Shown here: one piece after another, positions 38,025 through 47,870 of the stretch
Position numbering within the stretch: the first letter of the stretch is position 1
Layout of the letters: every line of letters starts with the position of its first letter
Origin: Spirochaetia bacterium
Lineage (GTDB): Bacteria; Spirochaetota; Spirochaetia; CADAEX01
Assembly (NCBI GenBank): GCA_963662795.1
Contig: OY759746.1
Span: 480,001-544,000 of the forward strand
Direction of reading: 5' to 3'
DNA length: 64,000 bases
The notes under the pieces: model-generated
The model's database searches: none
What the model saw: only the letters and a program-made list of their open reading frames with translations
Told to the model about the DNA's origin: nothing
Program-made: the position numbers and the translations under genes

Positions 38025-38434
38025 TCACAAAAAAAGTACTTTTTCTTTTCCCTAAAAGTGAAACGGAAAAACCGATAGTTTATCATCTTGTCAAGGACTA
38101 CGATCTGATAGTCAATATTTTCAGGGCAAAGGTCACAGCGGATGAATTCGGCTATCTTGTTCTTGACCTTACAGGCGAAGAAGAAAACATAGCTAAAGGC
38201 CTTGAATTTGTAAGATCGTTTAACGTTGAAATTAACGAAGCAGACAGGGGCATCCGGTGGGACAAAAATGTTTGCACACAATGCGGGAACTGCCTGTCCC
38301 ACTGCCCGACACAGGCCCTTTACATAGCCGATAAAAAAACAAGGAAAATAGAATACGACGAAGACAAGTGCATACAGTGCCTTAGCTGTATCGAAAACTG
38401 CCCGTACGGCGCCTGCAGCTCTATTTTTCTTTAA
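38021..38434 (+). CDS. NIL-domain ferredoxin (partner of the DUF39 homocysteine synthase)
   Basis: KPIVYHLVKDYDLIVNIFRA; two CxxCxxCxxxCP motifs. Confidence 0.88.
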   Translation: MITKKVLFLFPKSETEKPIVYHLVKDYDLIVNIFRAKVTADEFGYLVLDLTGEEENIAKGLEFVRSFNVEINEADRGIRWDKNVCTQCGNCLSHCPTQALYIADKKTRKIEYDEDKCIQCLSCIENCPYGACSSIFL

Positions 38435-38440
38435 ACCCGA

Positions 38441-39178
38441 GTGATGGACAAAAAGAGGGACTACCGCGGCTTTTCATGGAAAGGGGCAAATTTCAGAATA
38501 TCTTCCTCTGCCTTTGATGTGATTACTGCGGAAATAATAAAGCAGAGGGAGATATTAAGTTTATATATTTTGGATCATGAAGATTTCCTGACTTCGCTTG
38601 TTCCGCTTGCGGGAATTGATAATGACGCCCCTGATATCGTAAGAAGAATGCACAGGGCCTCTTTACTTACAGGTATCGGCCCGATGGCTTCAGTAGCCGG
38701 TGTTAACGCACAGATCGCAGCCGAGGCGGCAGTTGCATCAGGAGCGGATGAGGCTGTAATTGAAAACGGCGGCGATATATACCTTTTTACACAGAATGAA
38801 ACCTTAATAGCGTTATACGCCGGTACTAATTCTTTTTCCGGCAAACTCGCAATAAAAGTCAAACCTGCAATGACGCCTTTATCCGTTTGCTCATCTTCAG
38901 GCAGGATGGGCCATTCACTAAGCCTTGGAAACTGCGACCTTGCAACTGTTACAGCTGCTGACGGAGCACTTGCCGATTCCGCCGCGACGCTTGCCTGCAA
39001 TCTTGTAAAGGAAGAAGCAGATATCGCACCTGCCCTTGAGAGGATAATATCGATCAGGGGGATTCAGGGAGTACTTATTGTAAAGAATGAGAAAATAGGT
39101 GTGGCGGGAAAATTCCCTGAACTGGTACGCAATTACGATAATACGACAGAAAATAAAATTACAAAGGAAAAACAGTAA
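38441..39178 (+). CDS. UPF0280/ApbE-like protein (COG2122)
   Basis: GPMASVAG, ENGGDI, CSSSGRMGHSLSLG, LADSAAT. Confidence 0.86.
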   Translation: MMDKKRDYRGFSWKGANFRISSSAFDVITAEIIKQREILSLYILDHEDFLTSLVPLAGIDNDAPDIVRRMHRASLLTGIGPMASVAGVNAQIAAEAAVASGADEAVIENGGDIYLFTQNETLIALYAGTNSFSGKLAIKVKPAMTPLSVCSSSGRMGHSLSLGNCDLATVTAADGALADSAATLACNLVKEEADIAPALERIISIRGIQGVLIVKNEKIGVAGKFPELVRNYDNTTENKITKEKQ

Positions 39179-39218
39179 AAACTGTGAAAACACAGGCTTA
39201 AGACTTTACGGCAAGGTG

Positions 39219-40583
39219 TTATGCAATCCTGAATTTTCTTCCGGCGAGAGCTTCTGACATTTTATCTATTTTAAAGGTTTCTTCAGAAATGAAATGAGAT
39301 ATTCTCTCAAGCTCTGCGCCTGCCAGATGAAGATTAAGGCATCCTGTTGTCCCGTCGCTTTTCCTTTCCGCAATAATTTTTTCAGGGTCCTCACTTTTAA
39401 GCTTTTCAATATTGAGGCCCACCTCTTTATAGGCATCCCTGAAGCTCTTCCCCCCTGCGACAAGGCGCAGAGCCTCATCAGTCGCGTAAATCTCGGGTAT
39501 GAACCCTTTTTTAAGATTACCCCTGTTAACGCCGGTTTGCGAAATTGTAAGCTCCATAATCTTAAGGCAGTCATACGCAAGATCAAGCCCTTTCATGAAG
39601 GGTTCCTTTGTCTCCTGAAAATCCCTGTTATAGCCTGCGGGAAGTGAGCGGATTATATTTTTAACCTGGAAAGCCTGTGAAGACATGGTTGAGGATTTCG
39701 CCCGCAGCAGTTCAAGTCCGTCAGGGTTTTTTTTCTGCGGCATTATGCTTGATCCCGAGCACAGGCTGTCAGGCAGCGAGAAGTAGCCGAATTCAGGCAT
39801 TGAAAAAATTATAAGCTCCTGGGCCATTTTACTTATGGTAAGTGTAAACTGGTCAAGCACATCCAGAATCATGGATTCAATCTTTCCTCTTGAGTTGTTG
39901 CAGTAAAGAACATTATTCTGGACTTTTTCAAACGCAAGCAGCTCTGCCGTCATGCGCCTGTCAAGAGGCAGCGGTACACCGTAGCTCGCGGCTGAACCAA
40001 GGGGCGACTGGTTGTTAATATGGTAAACCGTCTCAAGCAGTTTATGGCAGTCAAGGATTTCTTCCGCGAATGAGCCTGCCCAGAGTCCGACGGATGAGGG
40101 CATTGCGATCTGCATGTGTGTCCTTCCCGGCATCGGAACATCAGCGTATTTTTTTGCCATTGAAACAAGGCCTGCGGCAAGGGAAGAGGCGGCTTCCATT
40201 ATCTTAAGGATTTTTGAACGGCTGAAAACCCTGAGGGCTGTAAGCACCTGGTCATTTCTTGATCTGCCGGTATGGATCCTTTTCCCGGCTTCCCCTGTTT
40301 TTTCCGTAAGAAAGTTTTCTATTGCGGTATGACAGTCTTCATCCGAGATATTGATTATAAACTCATCCCTGCTGTCAAGATCAAGTATTTCGATAAGGCC
40401 GTGCCTTAGCCTGTCAAAATCCTCATAGCTGATAATTTTAACTTCAGAGAGCATCCTGGCGTGAGCTATACCGGCAAGACAGTCGGCTGCGACAAGATTC
40501 CGGTCAAGAATATAATCAATTCCAACTGTAAAACTTTCAAGAAGAGAATCAAGCTGATAGTTCTTCTGCCATAATTTAGCCAT
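39219..40583 (-). CDS. argH: Argininosuccinate lyase
   Basis: IHTGRSRNDQV, PGRTHMQ, GSSIMPQKKNPD, GYNRDFQE. Confidence 0.95.
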   Translation of the reverse strand: MAKLWQKNYQLDSLLESFTVGIDYILDRNLVAADCLAGIAHARMLSEVKIISYEDFDRLRHGLIEILDLDSRDEFIINISDEDCHTAIENFLTEKTGEAGKRIHTGRSRNDQVLTALRVFSRSKILKIMEAASSLAAGLVSMAKKYADVPMPGRTHMQIAMPSSVGLWAGSFAEEILDCHKLLETVYHINNQSPLGSAASYGVPLPLDRRMTAELLAFEKVQNNVLYCNNSRGKIESMILDVLDQFTLTISKMAQELIIFSMPEFGYFSLPDSLCSGSSIMPQKKNPDGLELLRAKSSTMSSQAFQVKNIIRSLPAGYNRDFQETKEPFMKGLDLAYDCLKIMELTISQTGVNRGNLKKGFIPEIYATDEALRLVAGGKSFRDAYKEVGLNIEKLKSEDPEKIIAERKSDGTTGCLNLHLAGAELERISHFISEETFKIDKMSEALAGRKFRIA

Positions 40584-40750
40584 TTTTACGCACCTCGTTC
40601 TTCAATTTCAAGAGAGAGGATTGCACACAATGCACTTTTTTTCAATAGACATCACTTTACAGTGCCTGTCCTGCCGGAAAGATTCCCCCTGAATCCGGGC
40701 AGGTGTTCCCGGACCTGAATTCTGACAAAACATAAAATCAGGCAGACTGA

Positions 40751-43336
40751 TTATTTTTTTACAGAAAAAATTATCTCATCACCTGCATAGTCAACCGTAA
40801 TTACATCACCCTCGGAAAACGTTCCTGAAAGTATATTTTTGGCAAGCGGGTTCTGCACATAATTCTGTATTGTCCTTTTAAGTGGCCGTGCTCCGAATAA
40901 CGGATCATAACCTGTCTTTGAAAGGAATTTCTTTGCTTTATCCGTGAATTCAAGTGTATACTTTCTTTCCTTAAGCCGCTTCGCGAGTTTCTCAAGCTCG
41001 ATATCAACAATCTTTTTGATCTGATCCTCTCCAAGCCTGTTAAACATTATCACTTCGTCAATCCTGTTTAAAAATTCAGGTTTGAATGATGCCTTGAGAA
41101 GCTTGTCCACCTGTACACGCGCTTCATCCAGATTTTCAGTCTGAAGAATATAATCGCTTCCTATATTGCTTGTAAGAATTATTATTGTATTTTTAAAATC
41201 AACAATTCTCCCCTGTCCGTCTGTCAGTCGCCCATCGTCAAATATCTGAAGCATTATGTTAAAAACATCAGGATGGGCTTTTTCAATCTCATCGAAAAGT
41301 ATTACTGAATAAGGCCTTCTTCGTACTGTTTCAGTAAGCTGCCCTCCCTGGTCATAACCGACATATCCCGGAGGCGCTCCTATAAGTCTTGATACGGAGT
41401 GTTTCTCCATATACTCGCTCATATCAATCCTGGTGAGGGCCTTCTCATCGCTGAAAAGAAAATCCGCAAGCGCTTTCGCAAGCTCTGTTTTTCCAACGCC
41501 GGTTGGGCCAATAAATATAAATGTTCCGAGCGGCCTTGATTCCTCAGCCAGTCCTGTCTTGTTTCTTCTTATCGCATCCGCAATTGATCTTAATGCCTTT
41601 TCCTGCCCTACAACACGTTTAGAGATTGTTTCCTCAATTTTCAGGTATTTCTGCATCTCTGATGAGAGCATCTTTGAAACAGGAATTCCTGTCCAGGCTG
41701 ATACTACCCTTGCGATATCCTCTTCCCCTACTTCCTCCTGCAAAAGAACGTTCCCGGACTGTACCTTTTCAAGCTCACCGCTTTTCTTTTCAAGTTCCGC
41801 GCGTGCTTCAGGCAGCCGGCCATGTTTTATTTCCGCCGCTTTTGCGAGGTTCCCTTCCCTTTCGTACTTCGCTTCCTCAATTTTATATTCTTCAATCTGC
41901 TGTTTCAGGGACCGTATCCCCTCTATAACGGTTTTTTCATTTTTCCACTGGAGCTGCATCGCATCCCTTGCAGATTTAAGTTCAGCAAGATCCTTTACAA
42001 TAATATCAAGCCTCTCTCTTGAGGCATCATCCTCTTCCCGGGTCAGAGCCTGTTTTTCTATGTTGAGCTGAAGCATTTTTCTTTCTATCTGGTCAAGCTC
42101 TGTAGGCTGGCTCTCAATTTCCATTTTGAGCCGGCTTGCGGCCTCATCCACAAGGTCTATAGCCTTGTCAGGGAGGAACCGGGAAGTAATATAGCGGTTT
42201 GAAAGGGAGGCCGCCGCGATTATGGCCTCATCCTTGATTCTTACTCCATGATGTATCTCATAACGTTCTTTAAGGCCTCTGAGTATAGCCACTGTATCTT
42301 CGACACTCGGCTCTTTTGTAAAGACTGTCTGGAACCTTCTTTCAAAAGCGGCATCCTTTTCGATATGCTTTCTGTATTCTGAAAGGGTTGTCGCCCCTAT
42401 GCATTTAAGTTCGCCCCTTGCAAGCGCGGGTTTCAGCAGATTGGAAGCATCCATAGCGCCTTCCGCGGCCCCTGCTCCAACCAGAGTATGGAGTTCGTCA
42501 ATAAACAGGATTATTTCCCCGTCGCTTTGTGATATCTCGTGTATTACAGCCTTGAGGCGCTCTTCAAACTCTCCCCGGAACTTGGCGCCGGCGACAAGGG
42601 CGCCCATATCAAGGGCAAGCAGCTTTTTATTCTTAAGAGAATCAGGTACGTCACCAGACACAATACGTCTTGCGAGTCCTTCGGCGATCGCTGTTTTACC
42701 GACCCCCGGTTCGCCTATAAGGACCGGATTATTCTTTGTCCTTCTGGAGAGAACCTGCATGACACGCCGTATTTCATCATCCCTTCCGATAACCGGATCA
42801 AGTTTCTCCCGTGCAGCAAGGGCTGTAAGGTCCCTGCAGTATTTTTCCAGAGTCTGATACCGGTTTTCAGGGTTCTGGTCCGTAACTCTCTGGTTTCCCC
42901 TTATTGAAACAAGCGTTTTAAGTATCGAGTTTTTATCAACACCGGCCTTTTTCAGTATCCGCCCGGCTTCGGACTCTGAGGATGAATCTGTAAGCGCTAT
43001 GAATATGTGCTCGGTGCTTATATATTCATCCTTAAGCTTACCGGCTTCAAGCTCGGCGTTATTCAGTATTTTAGCGGCAGGAGCTGACAGGTGGACCTGT
43101 GCCCCGTCACCGTATATTCTGGGTTTTGAGCTTAAGGCTTTTTCAGTTTCCGAAAGAAGTTCTTCCCTGTTGATGCCAAGTTTATCAAGAAGAGGAGGTA
43201 TAATTCCATCCTGCTGGGTTATAAGAGAGTAAAGCAGATGTTCAGGCTCAATCTGGGAATTGCTGAATTTATGGGCCGCCGTTTCTGATGCCTGAATTAT
43301 TTCCTGCGCTTTTACAGTCAGCCTGTCGTATCTCAT
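40751..43336 (-). CDS. clpB: ATP-dependent chaperone ClpB
   Basis: Two AAA+ modules ([16 protein letters not shown]), coiled-coil middle domain, 861 aa. Confidence 0.97.
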   Translation of the reverse strand: MRYDRLTVKAQEIIQASETAAHKFSNSQIEPEHLLYSLITQQDGIIPPLLDKLGINREELLSETEKALSSKPRIYGDGAQVHLSAPAAKILNNAELEAGKLKDEYISTEHIFIALTDSSSESEAGRILKKAGVDKNSILKTLVSIRGNQRVTDQNPENRYQTLEKYCRDLTALAAREKLDPVIGRDDEIRRVMQVLSRRTKNNPVLIGEPGVGKTAIAEGLARRIVSGDVPDSLKNKKLLALDMGALVAGAKFRGEFEERLKAVIHEISQSDGEIILFIDELHTLVGAGAAEGAMDASNLLKPALARGELKCIGATTLSEYRKHIEKDAAFERRFQTVFTKEPSVEDTVAILRGLKERYEIHHGVRIKDEAIIAAASLSNRYITSRFLPDKAIDLVDEAASRLKMEIESQPTELDQIERKMLQLNIEKQALTREEDDASRERLDIIVKDLAELKSARDAMQLQWKNEKTVIEGIRSLKQQIEEYKIEEAKYEREGNLAKAAEIKHGRLPEARAELEKKSGELEKVQSGNVLLQEEVGEEDIARVVSAWTGIPVSKMLSSEMQKYLKIEETISKRVVGQEKALRSIADAIRRNKTGLAEESRPLGTFIFIGPTGVGKTELAKALADFLFSDEKALTRIDMSEYMEKHSVSRLIGAPPGYVGYDQGGQLTETVRRRPYSVILFDEIEKAHPDVFNIMLQIFDDGRLTDGQGRIVDFKNTIIILTSNIGSDYILQTENLDEARVQVDKLLKASFKPEFLNRIDEVIMFNRLGEDQIKKIVDIELEKLAKRLKERKYTLEFTDKAKKFLSKTGYDPLFGARPLKRTIQNYVQNPLAKNILSGTFSEGDVITVDYAGDEIIFSVKK

Positions 43337-43487
43337 GGTTCCTCCGAAAAAATTCTTGTATATGTCTGGTATTGTATCTTTAAAATAATATTATGCGGGG
43401 GATCGGGTCAAATTTATTTTCTTGACTGCGAATAAATACTAATTCATAATAAATTCCAAAGGGAAACTTTCCCCCGGGGACATAAAA

Positions 43488-45002
43488 ATGTTTAAAAAAG
43501 CCATAAAGCTGATGCTGATATTGTTTTTTATTGCTTCCTCCTCTATTTTCCCGCAGAGCGAGCTTAAGCCCAGGATTACCATATTTCCGCTTGAAAATCC
43601 CGCAAAGGATGTTCAGGTCGAAATAATTTCCCGGAATGTACAGAAAACAATGGAATTAAATTTAAAGGTTATTGACAGATATATAATTGCTGAAAATGAT
43701 ATTAAGGATTACTCACCCGATACCGCCTGGCTTCTGGAATACTGTGAAAAGAACAGCCTTGACAATATTATTTCAGGACGGGCTCTTATCGGGGATGCAG
43801 GTACAGTTACCCTTGAGATGTCTGTTTTCGACAGGCAGACTTCCTCTGTAACATTGACCGAAACAGAAACTGCAGAAACTTTATTCGACATTTTCGAAGC
43901 ATCCGACCTTCTTGCCATAAAAATGATGGAAGGTTTCAGCGGTATGCATCTCGGCTTCGGCGGCATCAGATTTAAAAACAGCGGTGTTGAAGGTGCATAC
44001 TCTGTATTTATAGATGATGTCCTTGCAGGGGAAAATACAACAGCCCTTACAACTATTCTAAACGGGGAAAGAAAAGTAAAAATCGTACAGCAGAGGATGT
44101 TTGATGAACTTGTGGTATTCGAAGGCCCTGTACTTGTCCTTGAAAAGAAAGCAACAGAGGTATTATTTTCAATTCCGGGTTTCATTGAGGAAGAAAGCGA
44201 GACTATTGCAAAACATGAAAATGCCATTGCCAAAGACTGGGACAACAAATATGCAAGCAGATCGGTTGACAGAAGGTTTGACAAACTTTTTGAACTGCTT
44301 GAAGTAACTGACTACAGCGCATCAGCAGCTGAGAAGAAAAAAGAACTTGAAGAAAAGCTTGCCGTCTGGAACTCCAAAAAAGAGAACTGGGGCATAGCAG
44401 ACGGAATATCAATGCTGGACAAAAGGGGAGGAGCATCAGTCTTTGCAGGAGCTGCTTTAATGTTCCCTTCCTACTCAAGAGACGGGACAACAGACTGGAG
44501 CAGCAGCATAACCTTTAATCCAAAAATCGGAGCTTCATTATCCTGGAATATCATGCAGAGACTGGCTCTTCAGACAGAATGGATATTCATGCCTGTAAGG
44601 GCAGAAGTTAAAAACAGCGACATACTTACTACAACCGGGGCAGAGTTCAATATGATGGAATTCCCTGTCCTGCTGCTTTACAGGACTCAGACAAAGAAGA
44701 CAAGCTTTTACGCGGGATCAATAATGCAGCTGCGTATTAATGACGGCATTGTATTCCTTGAACAGTCCGGCAATGAGACTGAGATTGATAATAAAGATGA
44801 TGAATATATTGAAAGGGCAGGATTTGCCCTCACCGGCGGGGTCCTGTTCGAAATACCGCTTAAAAAGAATTTCATGAAGTTCGACTTCCGATATGTCAGG
44901 GGAATGACAAACTGGACAAAAGGGGCGGACGATGAGGAATTTTCACAGTTTTATCCGGATTATTTTCATGTAACAATAGGATACGGGATAAAATTTTTCT
45001 GA
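43488..45002 (+). CDS. Putative outer-membrane protein with periplasmic N-terminal region and C-terminal beta-barrel
   Basis: Signal peptide; amphipathic beta-strand pattern (MMEFPVLLLY, KFDFRYVRG); ends VTIGYGIKFF. Confidence 0.62.
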   Translation: MFKKAIKLMLILFFIASSSIFPQSELKPRITIFPLENPAKDVQVEIISRNVQKTMELNLKVIDRYIIAENDIKDYSPDTAWLLEYCEKNSLDNIISGRALIGDAGTVTLEMSVFDRQTSSVTLTETETAETLFDIFEASDLLAIKMMEGFSGMHLGFGGIRFKNSGVEGAYSVFIDDVLAGENTTALTTILNGERKVKIVQQRMFDELVVFEGPVLVLEKKATEVLFSIPGFIEEESETIAKHENAIAKDWDNKYASRSVDRRFDKLFELLEVTDYSASAAEKKKELEEKLAVWNSKKENWGIADGISMLDKRGGASVFAGAALMFPSYSRDGTTDWSSSITFNPKIGASLSWNIMQRLALQTEWIFMPVRAEVKNSDILTTTGAEFNMMEFPVLLLYRTQTKKTSFYAGSIMQLRINDGIVFLEQSGNETEIDNKDDEYIERAGFALTGGVLFEIPLKKNFMKFDFRYVRGMTNWTKGADDEEFSQFYPDYFHVTIGYGIKFF

Positions 45003-45047
45003 AAATTATTGATTGTTTTTTTTAAACAGCTGTAATAATCTCTTTTC

Positions 45048-45701
45048 ATGAACATGTTATTGCTTAACGCAGTTTTATCAGCTGTTCCTGCAGCTTTTAT
45101 TGCCGCAGTCATAATATTTAAAAACAGAAAAACTGATTTCAGCGCTGCTTCAATCATCACATTTATTCTTGCAGGTGCTTTTATAGTATTTCCTGCCGGT
45201 ATGACTGAACTGGCATTATCTTTTTATATACCAAAAACTGCTGGTATCTGGAAAATCCTGATCGACGCTGTATTGATTTCAGCCTTAATAGAGGAAACAG
45301 CAAAGCTTTTTCTGTTAAGACTTATATTCTACACCAAAAACATTAAAAACCTGAAAGCGGCAGTAACAATAGCTGTTGCCGCAGGCACCGGTTTCGCTTT
45401 TCTTGAAAACATCATGTACAGCTTTGACCACTCATTTATTATTATTGTCCGCAGCCTGACAGCTGTTCCTCTTCATATAATTACTGCCGGTATTACAGGA
45501 CTGTATCTGGTAAAAAGGGACAGTGAAAACAGATACATCCGTTACAGGGGTTTTGCCCACGCAATAGTAATACACGGACTGTATGACATCCTCATATCAA
45601 CGCAGTCTGTATATTCATTCCTGATAATACCGCTTATTCTTCAGGCCGGATACAGCCTCTACATGGATTATAAAAGAGAGCGCGGAACAAATCCTGATTA
45701 A
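45048..45701 (+). CDS. PrsW-family intramembrane protease
   Basis: EETAK, GFAFLENIMY, VPLH, HGLYD. Confidence 0.87.
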   Translation: MNMLLLNAVLSAVPAAFIAAVIIFKNRKTDFSAASIITFILAGAFIVFPAGMTELALSFYIPKTAGIWKILIDAVLISALIEETAKLFLLRLIFYTKNIKNLKAAVTIAVAAGTGFAFLENIMYSFDHSFIIIVRSLTAVPLHIITAGITGLYLVKRDSENRYIRYRGFAHAIVIHGLYDILISTQSVYSFLIIPLILQAGYSLYMDYKRERGTNPD

Positions 45702-45709
45702 CATTTCAT

Positions 45710-46951
45710 TTATCCGTTAATATGGGTATTTTTCCCTCTTTTAATTTTTCTGAAAAAAGCGGAGACAAGCAGAAAAAAGAAAAAGAGCGCGGCCGCATAC
45801 AATAATAAATCAGCAGACAGGGAATTATCCGGTGTATCAGTTTTTATATTTAATATAATTTCAGTCATCCGGGGGTATGATGCAATCAGGTCTATAACAG
45901 CGCCTGAGGCAAGGCTTCCCGAAATAATCGAAACAAGATAGATAAGGGTCTGTTTTTTCCCAAGCACTTTTAAAATTACGGATAACGACGCGGCATTTGT
46001 CGCAGGTCCCGCTATAAGAAAAACATAGGCCGCACCCGGGGATATCCCTTTGGCAAGCAGAGCGAGCGCTATGGGAATACTTGTCGTTGAGCATACATAA
46101 ATCGGGATGCCTATTATTATCATTAAAATCATCCCGGAAATACCGCCTGAAAATACTGTATCCTGAAAGAAGTTGTCGGGAATGATGAATGAAATAATTC
46201 CTGCTATAAAAATTCCTGTTACAAACTGCAGTGCGATATCATCCATAAACTCGATAAACACAAAATCATATAAACCTTTAAGTTTATCCCTTATTCCGGT
46301 ATAACCGGCCGGCACAGAGCAGCATGAAGATTCCCCGGGGTTCCCGCTTCCGCAGCATGGGACAGCGTTTGAATCAGAATCAGGGGACAAAGCTGAATCA
46401 GTTTTTACTTTTTCGCTTCCGCAGCATCCTGAAGAGCATGAAGCGCTTTCATCTTCCCGGCTTACTGCGCTGTCTGAATAAACAGAAGCCGGGGCAGTCC
46501 GGACACGGCCCTTGCCGGTTTCCGGCGTCCCCCCGTCCCTGTCAAAAAAAAGACTCAGGAGTCCGCCCCAGACTCCTGTTACAAGTGCGGAAACCGGTCT
46601 GAAAACAGCAAAGAAAGGGCCCATCAGCCCGTAAGTCGCAATAACACTGTCTATCCCTGTCTGGGGTGTTGATATCAGAAAAGCCATCGCGGCAGAATGC
46701 GATGCCCCGGCCCTTTTAAGGTAAACTGTCGCCGGGATTACCCCGCAGGAGCAAAGGGGAAGCGGCACTCCAAACAGCGAAGCTTTAAGTATTGAAGAAA
46801 AAGTGTGTGATCCGATATGCCGGCTTACCGTCTCCCTGCTTATAAGCACGGAAAGTATCCCGGCAAGAAGCATCCCCAGGACAATGTAGGGGCTCATATC
46901 TATAAAAAGCAGAAAAGTTTCCTTTAAAATACCGTAAATTATATCAAACAT
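45710..46951 (-). CDS. Heavy-metal permease (DUF318 / SO_0444-like) with Cys-rich central loop
   Basis: GVPLPLCSCGVIP, FLISTPQTGIDS, IYVCSTTSIP, FLIAGPATN; downstream of an ArsR gene. Confidence 0.85.
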   Translation of the reverse strand: MFDIIYGILKETFLLFIDMSPYIVLGMLLAGILSVLISRETVSRHIGSHTFSSILKASLFGVPLPLCSCGVIPATVYLKRAGASHSAAMAFLISTPQTGIDSVIATYGLMGPFFAVFRPVSALVTGVWGGLLSLFFDRDGGTPETGKGRVRTAPASVYSDSAVSREDESASCSSGCCGSEKVKTDSALSPDSDSNAVPCCGSGNPGESSCCSVPAGYTGIRDKLKGLYDFVFIEFMDDIALQFVTGIFIAGIISFIIPDNFFQDTVFSGGISGMILMIIIGIPIYVCSTTSIPIALALLAKGISPGAAYVFLIAGPATNAASLSVILKVLGKKQTLIYLVSIISGSLASGAVIDLIASYPRMTEIILNIKTDTPDNSLSADLLLYAAALFFFFLLVSAFFRKIKRGKNTHING

Positions 46952-46975
46952 TGATTTATCCTCTCCCGTTGAGCT

Positions 46976-47365
46976 CTACTGCTCCCTGATATGTTCAAGA
47001 CCTGTGTTTATGATTTCATTAATATGGCTGTCCTTAAGCGAATAAAAAACATGCTTGCCCTCTTTTCTGTACCTGACTAACCGGTTATGGCGCAGTATTT
47101 TGAGCTGATGTGAAATCGCGGTCTGCTGCATATCAAGTGTCTCTGAAATTGTGTGTACGCAAAGCGGTTTTTCAGACAGTATTGAAAGTATTCTCAGGCG
47201 CGTCGGGTCACCGAAAACCTTAAAAAACTCAGACAAATCCTGCACTTCCTCATCAACCGGAATACTTTCAAGGAGATTTGAGGGGACGGGAGTGCATTCT
47301 TCTTTTGCCTTCCCATCATTGCCGTTAAAATTGTTTTCACTGTTTTTGCCAGTTATCTCTGTCAT
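46976..47365 (-). CDS. ArsR/SmtB-family metal-sensing repressor
   Basis: FKVFGDPTRLRIL, LCVH, ISHQLKILR, alpha-5 site DSH...EH; GGAGG RBS before ATG 47365. Confidence 0.92.
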   Translation of the reverse strand: MTEITGKNSENNFNGNDGKAKEECTPVPSNLLESIPVDEEVQDLSEFFKVFGDPTRLRILSILSEKPLCVHTISETLDMQQTAISHQLKILRHNRLVRYRKEGKHVFYSLKDSHINEIINTGLEHIREQ

Positions 47366-47409
47366 GATAAATACCTCCCTGATTAACCGCTTAGCTCTTA
47401 ACATATCTT

Positions 47410-47431
47410 TATATGAACACTTATTCATATA
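47410..47431. promoter_or_regulatory. SmtB/CzrA-type operator
   Basis: TATATGAA-CACTTA-TTCATATA inverted repeat about 45 nt upstream of the ArsR start. Confidence 0.8.
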
Positions 47432-47514
47432 TATAATATATCTTTTCACTTTAATCAAGTTTTCTGCAGATTTTTTTCCGTTTTTAATTCTTCAGGTAAA
47501 ATAAGCCTGTTTTA

Positions 47515-47543
47515 TTGACATTAATACTTAAAATCTGTATATT
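47515..47543 (+). promoter_or_regulatory. Sigma-70 promoter of the tRNA gene
   Basis: TTGACA-N17-TATATT. Confidence 0.8.
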
Positions 47544-47554
47544 ACTTTTGTCGA

Positions 47555-47627
47555 CGCAGGGTAGAGCAGTTGGCAGCTCGTCGGGCTCATAACCCGGAGG
47601 TCGCAGGTTCGAGTCCTGTCCCTGCTA
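47555..47627 (+). tRNA. Initiator tRNA-fMet (anticodon CAT)
   Basis: Cloverleaf with CTCATAA loop, three G-C pairs at the base of the anticodon loop, unpaired C1, GTTCGAGTC T-loop; CCA not encoded. Confidence 0.95.
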
Positions 47628-47632
47628 TACTT

Positions 47633-47670
47633 AACCCGTAGTATCTTTATGGTGCTGCGGTTTTTTTTTT
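47633..47670 (+). terminator. Intrinsic terminator after the tRNA
   Basis: CCGTAGTATC-TTTAT-GGTGCTGCGG (with G-U pairs) followed by a long T run. Confidence 0.75.
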
Positions 47671-47870
47671 GCATCAGAAGGACATGACGAGATCCAAGTG
47701 AGCGCGCGGAAGCGGAACATTGGTGGTCCTCGCCGGCGAGCGATGGGGGAGGTAAAGACCTTCTCCTGTTTATGTTTTGTAATTTTAAACCGGAACAGGA
47801 TCTTTTCCGGTTTTTGTAAAACAGTTATTATTTAATTCCAGTTAAAAATAGAATATTTCATAAATCAATA

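Noticed and set aside
41433-43232. Long antisense ORFs over clpB (similar ones over feoB, garR and the response regulator)
   Set aside because: They are shadow frames of strongly conserved genes, with no RBS or recognisable motifs.
43336-43488. CIRCE or CtsR heat-shock operator upstream of clpB
   Set aside because: No TTAGCACTC-N9-GAGTGCTAA; the single GGTCAAA is better explained as back-to-back -35 boxes of divergent promoters.
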